From assembly GCA_048213135.1 (NCBI GenBank), contig PS015009.1, positions 1,736,001-1,800,000 on the forward strand: DNA of 64,000 nt, in the 5' to 3' direction. The notes under the pieces are model-generated. The model was not told the DNA's origin. It did no database searches and was given only the letters and a program-made list of their open reading frames with translations. Both the position numbers and the translations under genes were made by a program. How positions within the stretch are numbered: the first letter of the stretch is position 1; each line of letters starts with the position of its first letter. The stretch is from Reclinomonas americana ATCC 50394. Taxonomy: Eukaryota. Shown here piece after piece: positions 19,053 to 27,291 of this stretch.

Positions 19053-19392
19053 GTACTGGAAGAGACGCATTATTATCCGTTCGGATTGATAATGGGTGGA
19101 ATATCTTCAAAGGCTGCGGGCGTTTTAGAGAACAAAAAGAAATTTAACAGCGGTAGCGAATTACAATCAAAGGAATTTTCAGACGGAAGCGGGTTGGAAT
19201 TATACGCAACAGATTTTAGAAGCCTTGACCCACAGTTAGGAAGATGGTGGCAAATAGACCCTAAACCAAATGAATCTGAAAGTCCGTATGCTGCAATGGG
19301 TAATAATCCAATTTTTAATATAGACCCATTAGGCGACACAATCACCATACCTGATGCAGTAAGAAATAATCCAGCGGCTATGGCTGCGGTAA
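19053..19392 (+). pseudogene. Orphan RHS core/C-terminal cassette, truncated by the assembly gap
   Basis: [12 protein letters not shown]...EFSDGSGLE...[12 protein letters not shown]...[16 protein letters not shown] begins right after an in-frame TAA, with no RHS body. Confidence 0.8.
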
Positions 19393-19574
19393 NNNNNNNN
19401 NNNNNNNNNNNNNNNNNNNNNNNNNNNNNNNNNNNNNNNNNNNNNNNNNNNNNNNNNNNNNNNNNNNNNNNNNNNNNNNNNNNNNNNNNNNNNNNNNNNN
19501 NNNNNNNNNNNNNNNNNNNNNNNNNNNNNNNNNNNNNNNNNNNNNNNNNNNNNNNNNNNNNNNNNNNNNNNNNN
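19393..19574. other. Assembly gap (182 N)
   Basis: Run of N. Confidence 1.
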
Positions 19575-19660
19575 ACATGGGAGCCTTGGAAGTATAAGTA
19601 CTGCAGTGTTGCTGATTATTATACAAAGGCAAAGGTTTGCTTAGTGTATCTTTTTGGTGA
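19575..19660 (+). mobile_element. Possible 3' remnant of a REP-associated tyrosine (Y1/RAYT) transposase
   Basis: WEPWKYKYCSVADYYTK, then in a shifted frame KGLLSVSFW*. Resembles the P..YKYSSA.DYY...KGLL C-terminus of that family. Confidence 0.4.
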
Positions 19661-19818
19661 TCGTTAATGCCGGGCGCTGTCCGGGTAAATTTTTTTTCAC
19701 AATTGACCCGCCAGAGCGGAACACTGACGCCAGGCAGTTTTTTTTTCATAGAGTTTCGCGGAATTGGAACGCTTGTCACAGAGAGGTGCGAAGTATAAAA
19801 ATTCTTCCAGGCAAAGCT

Positions 19819-20520
19819 TTAACCCGAAATAGCGATAAGCTTATCCATATCACGCACAATGATGATCCTGCCTTTGGTTTCTATCAGGCCAGCCTGTTTG
19901 AATTCGGAAAGTGTTCTAACAACATTTTCACGGGCAGTGCCAACAAGACTTGCAAGGTCATCCCGGCTCATATTGATTTCAACGGGCATTCCGGGTCTTG
20001 TATCAGGTTTATATTTTTCTCTGAGAACGATCAATTGCAGTGCTAAACGTTCCCGGACCGTTTTTTGAGCAAACATGGTGATGCTATTCGCCAATACGGA
20101 GAACTCGTGGCTCAGGGTTTTTAAGAGCCTCCGATTCAGCATTGGAGAATCGCTCAGCGCCTGAAAAAAATCTTCTTTAGGAATAAAAGCGATTTTTGAT
20201 TTTTCAAGTGTCGCGGCAGAGTCGGGGAAATATTCTTCGGCAAGTATCGCATGGTAGCCAACCAACTCACCTGCATTGGCGACGTAGATAATTTGCTCCC
20301 TTTGTTCTTTATCAACTTTGTATTTTTTTACCTTGCCTTCCAGGATGTAAAAAATACCGGTCGGGTATGCTCCTTCTTTAAAAACGATCTCACCTTTTTT
20401 GTAGGATTGCTCATGCATGCGGGCATATAAAAACGTCATTATTTCCTCCGGCAAATGCTCGAAAATAGATTCACTTTCAAAATTCCATTTGCTGATTGGA
20501 AAAATGCCCTTGCTGTTCAT
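19819..20520 (-). CDS. Crp/Fnr family transcriptional regulator
   Basis: cNMP-binding-like domain (GEIVFKEG...ILEGKVK...GELVG) and C-terminal HTH MSRDDLASLVGTARENVVRTL. Start set at MNSKG. Confidence 0.92.
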   Translation of the reverse strand: MNSKGIFPISKWNFESESIFEHLPEEIMTFLYARMHEQSYKKGEIVFKEGAYPTGIFYILEGKVKKYKVDKEQREQIIYVANAGELVGYHAILAEEYFPDSAATLEKSKIAFIPKEDFFQALSDSPMLNRRLLKTLSHEFSVLANSITMFAQKTVRERLALQLIVLREKYKPDTRPGMPVEINMSRDDLASLVGTARENVVRTLSEFKQAGLIETKGRIIIVRDMDKLIAISG

Positions 20521-20540
20521 GCCATTAAAAGTACTATTTA

Positions 20541-20562
20541 AAAAGTGATTTATGTCACATTT
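20541..20562. promoter_or_regulatory. CRP/FNR-type operator
   Basis: AAAAGTGA-TTTATG-TCACATTT, one mismatch from AAATGTGA-N6-TCACATTT, lying between the divergent genes. Confidence 0.7.
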
Positions 20563-20656
20563 TGAAGTGACAGGAGTTACCGGAAGGAGGAAGATAATCC
20601 TATACGTTTGCACAACGAAACAGGATTGGACTTCTGCAAATAAATGTAAGGATTGA

Positions 20657-21256
20657 ATGATCAAAGAAAGCGTACAAAAAAACAGCTCATTTTCATCTGA
20701 CGAACAACTGAATGCGTTTTACCCTGATGATATACAACAAATGGCCCGTCGTCACTGGACACCCTTGATTGTTGCGCAAAAAGCTGCGGAATTTCTTGCC
20801 ATAGGAAAGAATGTACGGATACTTGATATCGGCAGTGGTGTGGGCAAATTTTGCTTTGGGGCAGCGCGGCATCGCCCTCAGGCATATTATTACGGAATTG
20901 AACAGCGGAAAAGCCTGATCATGCATGCTGAAGCGGCGAAAGAGAAATTATGGCTCAAAAATATATCTTTTATTCACGGCAACTTTACCGCGATAGATTT
21001 CAGGAATTACGACCATTTTTATTTTTATAATGCATTCTACGAAAACCTGCGGGGAACTCCGAAAATAGATAACAGCATCGCTTATTCAGAGCAGCTGTAC
21101 CAGTATTATACTCATTATTTATTCCGGCAATTGCAACAAAAGCCATCCGGCACCCGCCTGGTGACATTTCATAGTATGGAAGACGAAATGCCTTCGGGCT
21201 ACCACCTGTGGGGAGTCGAACTGGCAGGTCTTCTGAAATATTGGATAAAAGAATAG
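20657..21256 (+). CDS. Class I SAM-dependent methyltransferase
   Basis: ILDIGSGVG motif I, GIEQ, FIHGN and FYFYN. Confidence 0.85.
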   Translation: MIKESVQKNSSFSSDEQLNAFYPDDIQQMARRHWTPLIVAQKAAEFLAIGKNVRILDIGSGVGKFCFGAARHRPQAYYYGIEQRKSLIMHAEAAKEKLWLKNISFIHGNFTAIDFRNYDHFYFYNAFYENLRGTPKIDNSIAYSEQLYQYYTHYLFRQLQQKPSGTRLVTFHSMEDEMPSGYHLWGVELAGLLKYWIKE

Positions 21257-21289
21257 TTGAACAAAACACTTAACCAGAAAAGAAAGCGT

Positions 21290-21571
21290 ATGACACTCAA
21301 CCTGGAATCATGGAAAGAGGACCTTATTACAAAGATATTATTTGCAACCACACAAGCCGAAGTGAAGGAATATGTAGATGTTACTGTTCAGAAACTTCAG
21401 CGGAGGGATCTGGAAGGACTTACACTTTCGGGTTTTACCGATACAATGCTCGAACAACTGGACGTGTTTTCTCCCATGGATGAAACTGCGCAGCAATGGA
21501 GTAATATATCTGTTGCAAAGATATTGTTCAACCGGTTGAAGAGAGACCTGGAGGCTCCTGTAAACAGGTAG
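21290..21571 (+). CDS. Hypothetical protein
   Basis: Helical ORF filling the gap within an apparent operon. Confidence 0.6.
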   Translation: MTLNLESWKEDLITKILFATTQAEVKEYVDVTVQKLQRRDLEGLTLSGFTDTMLEQLDVFSPMDETAQQWSNISVAKILFNRLKRDLEAPVNR

Positions 21572-21576
21572 ATGAT

Positions 21577-23229
21577 ATGTTTCGCCCCAAACTTTTCGAT
21601 ACGCTCAAAGGCTACTCCCGAACCCAGTTCGGAAAAGATCTGCTGGCAGGCAGCATTGTGGGGATTGTCGCATTGCCATTAGCGATAGCGTTCGCCATAG
21701 CATCGGGAGTAACGCCGCAGGCGGGGCTTTATACCGCTATCATCGCGGGGTTTATTATTTCCGCACTTGGAGGAAGCAGAGTGCAAATCGGCGGTCCTAC
21801 AGGAGCATTCATTGTAGTTGTGTACGGCATCGTGCAAATGTATGGCCTGAACGGCCTGATCACCGCGACATGTATGGCCGGTGTTATGCTTGTTTTGATG
21901 GGGTTTGCCCGTTTGGGATCTATCATTAAATTCATTCCGTATCCGTTAATTGTCGGTTTTACCAGCGCCATTGCGTTGTTGATTGCGGCCTCCCAGGTAA
22001 AGGATTTTCTCGGACTTCCCCTGCAGGCGGTGCCCTCCGATTTTATTGATAAAATCAGGGCATATGTTCATTCCGGCGGTATTAATGGATATGCAGTTCT
22101 TATTGCAAGCGTCACGGTTGCGATCATCCTTCTTTGGCCTGGCGCCAGGTATAAATTACCGGGTTCCCTTATAGCACTGCTTGTTACTACGGCAGCGGTA
22201 CAGTTGTTTCATCTCCCCGTAGAAACAATAGGCAGCAAGTTTGGAACTATTCCCTCCACGCTGCCCACTCCTGAGCTGCCGGACTTTAGCTTTGCTACTG
22301 TCAGGCACCTGATGCAACCGGCTTTTACGATAGCGATGCTGGGCGGTATAGAATCACTATTATCCGCTGTCGTTGCTGACGGTATGATCGGAGGGCGGCA
22401 CCGCTCTGATACGGAACTTATCGCTCAGGGGATAGCCAATGTGGCCTCTTCCATTTTCGGGGGTATTCCCGCAACAGGCGCTATTGCCCGTACCGCAACT
22501 AATATTAAAAATGGAGGAAGGACGCCAATCGCCGGCCTGGTTCACGCAATTGCGCTGCTTCTCATTATGCTGTGCATGGGGCCATGGGCCGCAATGATTC
22601 CAATGCCCGCGCTGGCAGGGGTGCTGGTCGTTGTGGCGTACACCATGAGTGAATGGAGAACCTTTATTTCAGTAATGAAAGGACCCCAAGGAGACACACT
22701 TGTTCTCCTGGTAACCTTCTTCCTCACCGTTTTTTTTGATCTGACTGTTGCTATTGAGATAGGACTGGTACTTGCGGTGTTTCTTTTTATGCGGGAGATG
22801 ATTATGTTTAGTAATGCCCGTTTACTTTTGAGCGAATCCCCGCTTCGCAAAGAACCAGGAGAGAGCTTTGACCGGGATACAGTTCCTGAGGGAGTAGAGG
22901 TATTTGAAATAGCAGGCCCATTATTTTTTGGAGCGGCATATAAGTTCAAGGATGCGCTGCGATATATAGAAAAACCGCCCCGTGTCCTGATCATTCGGAT
23001 GCGGTCAGTTCCCTTTATTGATGCCACCGGCATACAGGCAATGAAAGAAGTATGTAAAGACAGCAAGGGGCGTGGTATAAAGATTATTCTTTCAGAAGTG
23101 CAAAGCATCCAGGTGATGCAGGCACTCAAAAACTCCCGATTGTTATTCGCTATCGGAAAGGCCAATGTTGTTGCGAGTATGGAGAAAGCAATGGCGAGAG
23201 GGAAACTATTTCTTCTTAAAGGTGCGTAA
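21577..23229 (+). CDS. sulP: SulP family inorganic anion transporter with STAS domain
   Basis: DLLAG..VGIVALPLAIAFAIASG, QIGGPTGA, ATGAIARTA and STAS motif GPLFFGAA...IDATG. Confidence 0.95.
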   Translation: MFRPKLFDTLKGYSRTQFGKDLLAGSIVGIVALPLAIAFAIASGVTPQAGLYTAIIAGFIISALGGSRVQIGGPTGAFIVVVYGIVQMYGLNGLITATCMAGVMLVLMGFARLGSIIKFIPYPLIVGFTSAIALLIAASQVKDFLGLPLQAVPSDFIDKIRAYVHSGGINGYAVLIASVTVAIILLWPGARYKLPGSLIALLVTTAAVQLFHLPVETIGSKFGTIPSTLPTPELPDFSFATVRHLMQPAFTIAMLGGIESLLSAVVADGMIGGRHRSDTELIAQGIANVASSIFGGIPATGAIARTATNIKNGGRTPIAGLVHAIALLLIMLCMGPWAAMIPMPALAGVLVVVAYTMSEWRTFISVMKGPQGDTLVLLVTFFLTVFFDLTVAIEIGLVLAVFLFMREMIMFSNARLLLSESPLRKEPGESFDRDTVPEGVEVFEIAGPLFFGAAYKFKDALRYIEKPPRVLIIRMRSVPFIDATGIQAMKEVCKDSKGRGIKIILSEVQSIQVMQALKNSRLLFAIGKANVVASMEKAMARGKLFLLKGA

Positions 23230-23518
23230 CCGGTTTAACATATAACCAGAAAGACTTACCTGGCTTTTCGGGCCGCCCGGCAGACCGGAAGCCATTGAAA
23301 AAGGCAGCGGTCTTAACAAGGCCAATATCAGTAAAGTATACAGGACACAGGTCGGCAAACGAAAATAGAGCCCCGTCCGTTTCCCTTATCCCTTGATAAT
23401 ATAAATATTAGTTTTTATATTAGCCGATGCTCCGCCCGGAAATATTGTTTTTCCGGCAATACCCGGCAGGGCCGCAACTATTCAACACCATCTTCTTAAC
23501 CACTAAAAACATCAGCGT

Positions 23519-23899
23519 ATGAAAAAAGTGTTCGTTCTTTTTGCCGTAGTTACTATGTTCCTTTCCGCATGCAACAGTAAAGCCAAAGATGCCCAGGGTG
23601 ATCCAAAAGCCGTGGCTGAAGCCATTTTTGATGCGGCTAAAAGCGGTAAATATGACGGCCTCGCCGCACTCATCGACAGCGATGCCGACAAAGACAGTAA
23701 AATGATCACCAGTGCAGCTACCGATAAGGAAATAGCTAAATCTTTCCAGGAATACTTTTCAAAAGGTAAAGTAGTGGGCGACCCGGTGATTACGGGCGAC
23801 AATGCTGAAGTCAAAATCCTCTTCGGACCTGATGGTACCAAAGAAGAAACCTTTAATATGGTACGCAAGAACGGAAAATGGTACCTGAACTCATTTTAA
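23519..23899 (+). CDS. DUF4878-like lipoprotein
   Basis: LSAC lipobox, P..VAEA.F.A...G.Y and C-terminal MVRKNGKWYL. Confidence 0.75.
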   Translation: MKKVFVLFAVVTMFLSACNSKAKDAQGDPKAVAEAIFDAAKSGKYDGLAALIDSDADKDSKMITSAATDKEIAKSFQEYFSKGKVVGDPVITGDNAEVKILFGPDGTKEETFNMVRKNGKWYLNSF

Positions 23900-23936
23900 G
23901 AAACCCGGCTTCCGGGGTTAAAGATATTTGATTCCA

Positions 23937-23967
23937 GGCCGCTGATCTGCCCGTCAGCGGCTTTTTT
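23937..23967 (+). terminator. Rho-independent terminator
   Basis: GCCGCTGA-N8-TCAGCGGC followed by T6. Confidence 0.8.
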
Positions 23968-24045
23968 ATTACCTTTCTTTCGGGTGGGTTACCCTCTATC
24001 CATAGCTGGTATAACTTCACCATGTATCAGCATATACATACCCTT

Positions 24046-24064
24046 TTCAGAAAGAATTCAGAAT
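24046..24064 (+). promoter_or_regulatory. OmpR-family direct-repeat box (copies at 26031-26049 and 26774-26792)
   Basis: TTCAGAA-N4-TTCAGAAT with 11-bp period, just upstream of TAATTTTG. Confidence 0.65.
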
Positions 24065-24084
24065 CGCCATACTAATTTTGAGTA

Positions 24085-24759
24085 ATGAAAATACTGGTCA
24101 TTGAAGATGAAGCGGGACTGGCACAAAGCATAATCACTTATTTATCAGGTGAGCAGTACCATTGTGAACTGGCTGCCGATTTTGCAACGGCCCTGGAAAA
24201 GATTGACCTGTACGATTATGATTGTATCCTGCTTGACCTGATGCTGCCCGGTGGCAAGGGGCTTGACCTGCTGGCCGAGATCAAAAGGTTGAATAAGGAA
24301 GACGGTGTGATCATTATCTCTGCCAAAGACTCCTTTGATGATAAGATAGAAGGGCTTCGGGTAGGTGCCGATGACTACCTGGCCAAACCCTTTCACCTGC
24401 CCGAACTGGCAGCGAGGATATATTCGGTTATCCGCAGAAAAAAATTCACCAACGATAATATAGTACAGCAGCATGAACTCAGAATCGACCTGCTGGCTAA
24501 AACGGCAACTATAAATGATGTGGCCGTGGCGCTTACAAAAAAGGAGTTCGACCTGCTGTTGTACTTTGTCAGCAACAAAAACAGGGTGATCTCTAAAAGC
24601 ACGCTGGCAGAGCGGCTTTCCGGCGACATGGCCGATATGTTCGATAACCACGACTTCATCTACGCACACATCAAGAACCTGAAAAGAAAGCTTTCCGAAG
24701 CGGGCTGCCCGTCTTATTTGAAAACACGCTATGGTACAGGGTATAAATGGGAAGTATGA
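24085..24759 (+). CDS. OmpR/PhoB family response regulator
   Basis: ILVIED, LLDLMLP, GADDYLAKPF and winged-helix C-terminus. Confidence 0.95.
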   Translation: MKILVIEDEAGLAQSIITYLSGEQYHCELAADFATALEKIDLYDYDCILLDLMLPGGKGLDLLAEIKRLNKEDGVIIISAKDSFDDKIEGLRVGADDYLAKPFHLPELAARIYSVIRRKKFTNDNIVQQHELRIDLLAKTATINDVAVALTKKEFDLLLYFVSNKNRVISKSTLAERLSGDMADMFDNHDFIYAHIKNLKRKLSEAGCPSYLKTRYGTGYKWEV

Positions 24760-26030
24760 TTAAGTTGTTCAACCGTTCTCTTCGTCCCCTTCTTATATAT
24801 GCTGCTGTTGTAACCGTGGCCAGTATCCCTGTATACTACCTCCTCGTGGAATATATATGGAGAAGTGAACTGAAAGAGCATAATCGTATCGTTTCGGATG
24901 GCGTGAAACAGAACATACTTCATTCCCGGCTTTCAGGAAATGAACTGGACAGTGTAATGCGATCGCTGAATACGATCCAGCCGGGTGTATTGTGCGCTCC
25001 GGCAGCTGAGGTACGGGCAGACAGCATATATGATGTATACCGGCAGAATCTGAATTCCGCTCAAAAGGAAACCGACCGCTTCCAGGGCCTGGTCAGCTAT
25101 TTTGAAATCAACGGCCGGGCATATAGCGTTACTGTGGAAACCAATATGGAAGAGGCGAATGAAACCATCGCGGCGCTTACCCTAACGGGGTTTATCTTTT
25201 TTATTGTATTGCTCGGTGGCTTCCTGTTCATTAACCGGCGGGTATCCGGGAATATATGGCGGCCTTTTTATGGTACACTCGAAAAAATGAAAGGCTTCGA
25301 CCTGAGCAGGCAGGAGCCCATTGTATTTGAAAAAACAAACATCAGCGAATTTCATGAACTCAACGATAGTCTTTCTAAGCTCATCGCTGTCGACCTGGAG
25401 GTATATAAAAAACAAAAGGAGTTCACGGAAAATGTTTCTCATGAACTGCAAACGCCACTGGCTGTTGCGCAAACCAAACTGGATATATTATTGCAGGGCA
25501 ACCTGGTTGATGAGCAGTATGCACTGATTGATGAAGCGCAGAAAGCATTGAACCGCATCACCCGTATTAACAGGAACCTGTTGTTGCTGGCCAAAATCGG
25601 GAACAGCCAGTTCCCCGATGCAGAGCCGGTGAATGTGTCACTGTTGCTGGAACAGGCATTGTCCGGTCTTGCTGATATTGCCAATGGATACAGCCTTACC
25701 ATTGTTCCGGAGATCAGCACCAACTACCATGTTACGGCCAATAGAATCCTTACCGGTATATTACTCGAAAATCTGCTTACCAATGCCATCAGGTACAGTC
25801 CGCGGGGAAGCACTATAAAAGCGGAGTTAACTGCTTCCGGTTTAACGGTGACCAACCCGGGTACCGCGGCGCTGGATAAAACCGGCCTCTTCAAACGTTT
25901 CGGGAAAGCCTCGGAAAACCCCGGTACCGGCCTGGGATTGGCACTGGTACAGCAGATCAGTGACCGGTACGGGTGGACAACAGGTTATCGTTTTGAAGAC
26001 GGGTGCCATCATTTCTCCGTTCATTTCTGA
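24756..26030 (+). CDS. Sensor histidine kinase (HisKA/HATPase)
   Basis: Two TM helices, SHELQTPL, NLLTNAIRY and GTGLGL. Confidence 0.93.
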   Translation: MIKLFNRSLRPLLIYAAVVTVASIPVYYLLVEYIWRSELKEHNRIVSDGVKQNILHSRLSGNELDSVMRSLNTIQPGVLCAPAAEVRADSIYDVYRQNLNSAQKETDRFQGLVSYFEINGRAYSVTVETNMEEANETIAALTLTGFIFFIVLLGGFLFINRRVSGNIWRPFYGTLEKMKGFDLSRQEPIVFEKTNISEFHELNDSLSKLIAVDLEVYKKQKEFTENVSHELQTPLAVAQTKLDILLQGNLVDEQYALIDEAQKALNRITRINRNLLLLAKIGNSQFPDAEPVNVSLLLEQALSGLADIANGYSLTIVPEISTNYHVTANRILTGILLENLLTNAIRYSPRGSTIKAELTASGLTVTNPGTAALDKTGLFKRFGKASENPGTGLGLALVQQISDRYGWTTGYRFEDGCHHFSVHF

Positions 26031-26074
26031 TTCAAAATTCATTCAAAATCGGGGTGTAACTATGCAGTACAGCA

Positions 26075-26764
26075 ATGTATTCCATGAAACCTTTTTTTCT
26101 TCTCCTTAGTTTCTTTTTCTGCGGGCCGGCTTTTGCGCAGGTCCCGGATTCCGCTTACACCCGGCCGCATTACCCGCTCGGTAAAAAACAATTGTATGTG
26201 CCTGCTTCGCTCATCATCGGCGGTATACTGACCATTGACAATGGTACAGAAGCATTAAAAAAAGAACTGGCTGAAGAACGGAATGAGCACATGCCATTCT
26301 TCAAAACCCGCATTGACAATTACCTGCAGTATTCCCCCATTGCCATCGCTTATGGGCTTGATGCCATAGGTATCAAATCAAAAACGGATATCGTTAACCG
26401 CACAGCGATACTGGTGAAGGGAGAAGTCATAATGTTTGGAACCGTTACCCTCCTTAAATCGCTTACGCACCAGCTTCGTCCCGACGGAAGTACATACAAT
26501 TCTTTCCCTTCCGGGCATACCGCACAAGCATTCGCGGCGGCAACTTTTCTCAGCGAAGAGTATAAAGACAGGTTCAGGTGGATGCCATACCTGGCATATG
26601 GTATAGCAAGCTCGGTTGGATTACTCCGCATGGCGAATAACCGCCACTATATCAGCGACGTACTGACGGGCGCAGGTATTGGTATCCTGAGCATGAAGCT
26701 GTCGTACCACATGCACCAGTACAAATGGAATAAAAAAAATAAAACGTATAACACGGCGTATTAA
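26075..26764 (+). CDS. PAP2 family phosphatase
   Basis: K......RP, SFPSGHT and R.....HYISDV motifs. Confidence 0.9.
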   Translation: MYSMKPFFLLLSFFFCGPAFAQVPDSAYTRPHYPLGKKQLYVPASLIIGGILTIDNGTEALKKELAEERNEHMPFFKTRIDNYLQYSPIAIAYGLDAIGIKSKTDIVNRTAILVKGEVIMFGTVTLLKSLTHQLRPDGSTYNSFPSGHTAQAFAAATFLSEEYKDRFRWMPYLAYGIASSVGLLRMANNRHYISDVLTGAGIGILSMKLSYHMHQYKWNKKNKTYNTAY

Positions 26765-26837
26765 TGACCGTTGTTCAGAATGTTTTCCAAATCGCCTTCT
26801 AGCTTTGTATCATTATCTACATCTAAAATAACCAATC

Positions 26838-27266
26838 ATGAAAATCATTGTAATGGCCCTGGCGGCAACAGTAATAGCCCTGAGCGGCTACTCCCAGAAA
26901 ATACAGGAGAAGGATCTGCCTGTCGCTGTAAAAGAAAGTTTTCATAAAAGCTATGCTTCCGCGAAACAGGTGAAGTGGGATAAAGAGAAAGAAAATTATG
27001 AAGCCAGCTTCGACTGGAATGGTGCTGATCACTCTGTGCTGTACAACGCGGAAGGGCAAACAGTAGAAACCGAAGTGGAAATAAAAGTAAGCGAACTGCC
27101 TGCCGCGGCAAAGCAATACATGGAAACGCATTACAATGGTAAAACCATTAAGGAAGCGGCAAAGATCACGGATGCTAAACAAGTGATAACCTACGAAGCA
27201 GAGATCAAAGGAATGGATGTGTTGTTTGATGCGCAGGGCAAATTCATTAAAACGGTAAAAGACTAA
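26838..27266 (+). CDS. PepSY-like domain periplasmic protein
   Basis: Signal peptide and two repeats of LP.A.K....Y...YEA...VL(Y/F).A.G. Confidence 0.8.
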   Translation: MKIIVMALAATVIALSGYSQKIQEKDLPVAVKESFHKSYASAKQVKWDKEKENYEASFDWNGADHSVLYNAEGQTVETEVEIKVSELPAAAKQYMETHYNGKTIKEAAKITDAKQVITYEAEIKGMDVLFDAQGKFIKTVKD

Positions 27267-27291
27267 CTGAAGAAAACTAAAAGTAGAAAAT

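Noticed and set aside
7096-19392. Intact integrative element or prophage at tRNA-Arg
   Set aside because: No integrase, phage or conjugation genes are visible, only the decayed tRNA copy.
19086-19779. ORFs spanning the N run
   Set aside because: Artefacts of translating through the assembly gap.
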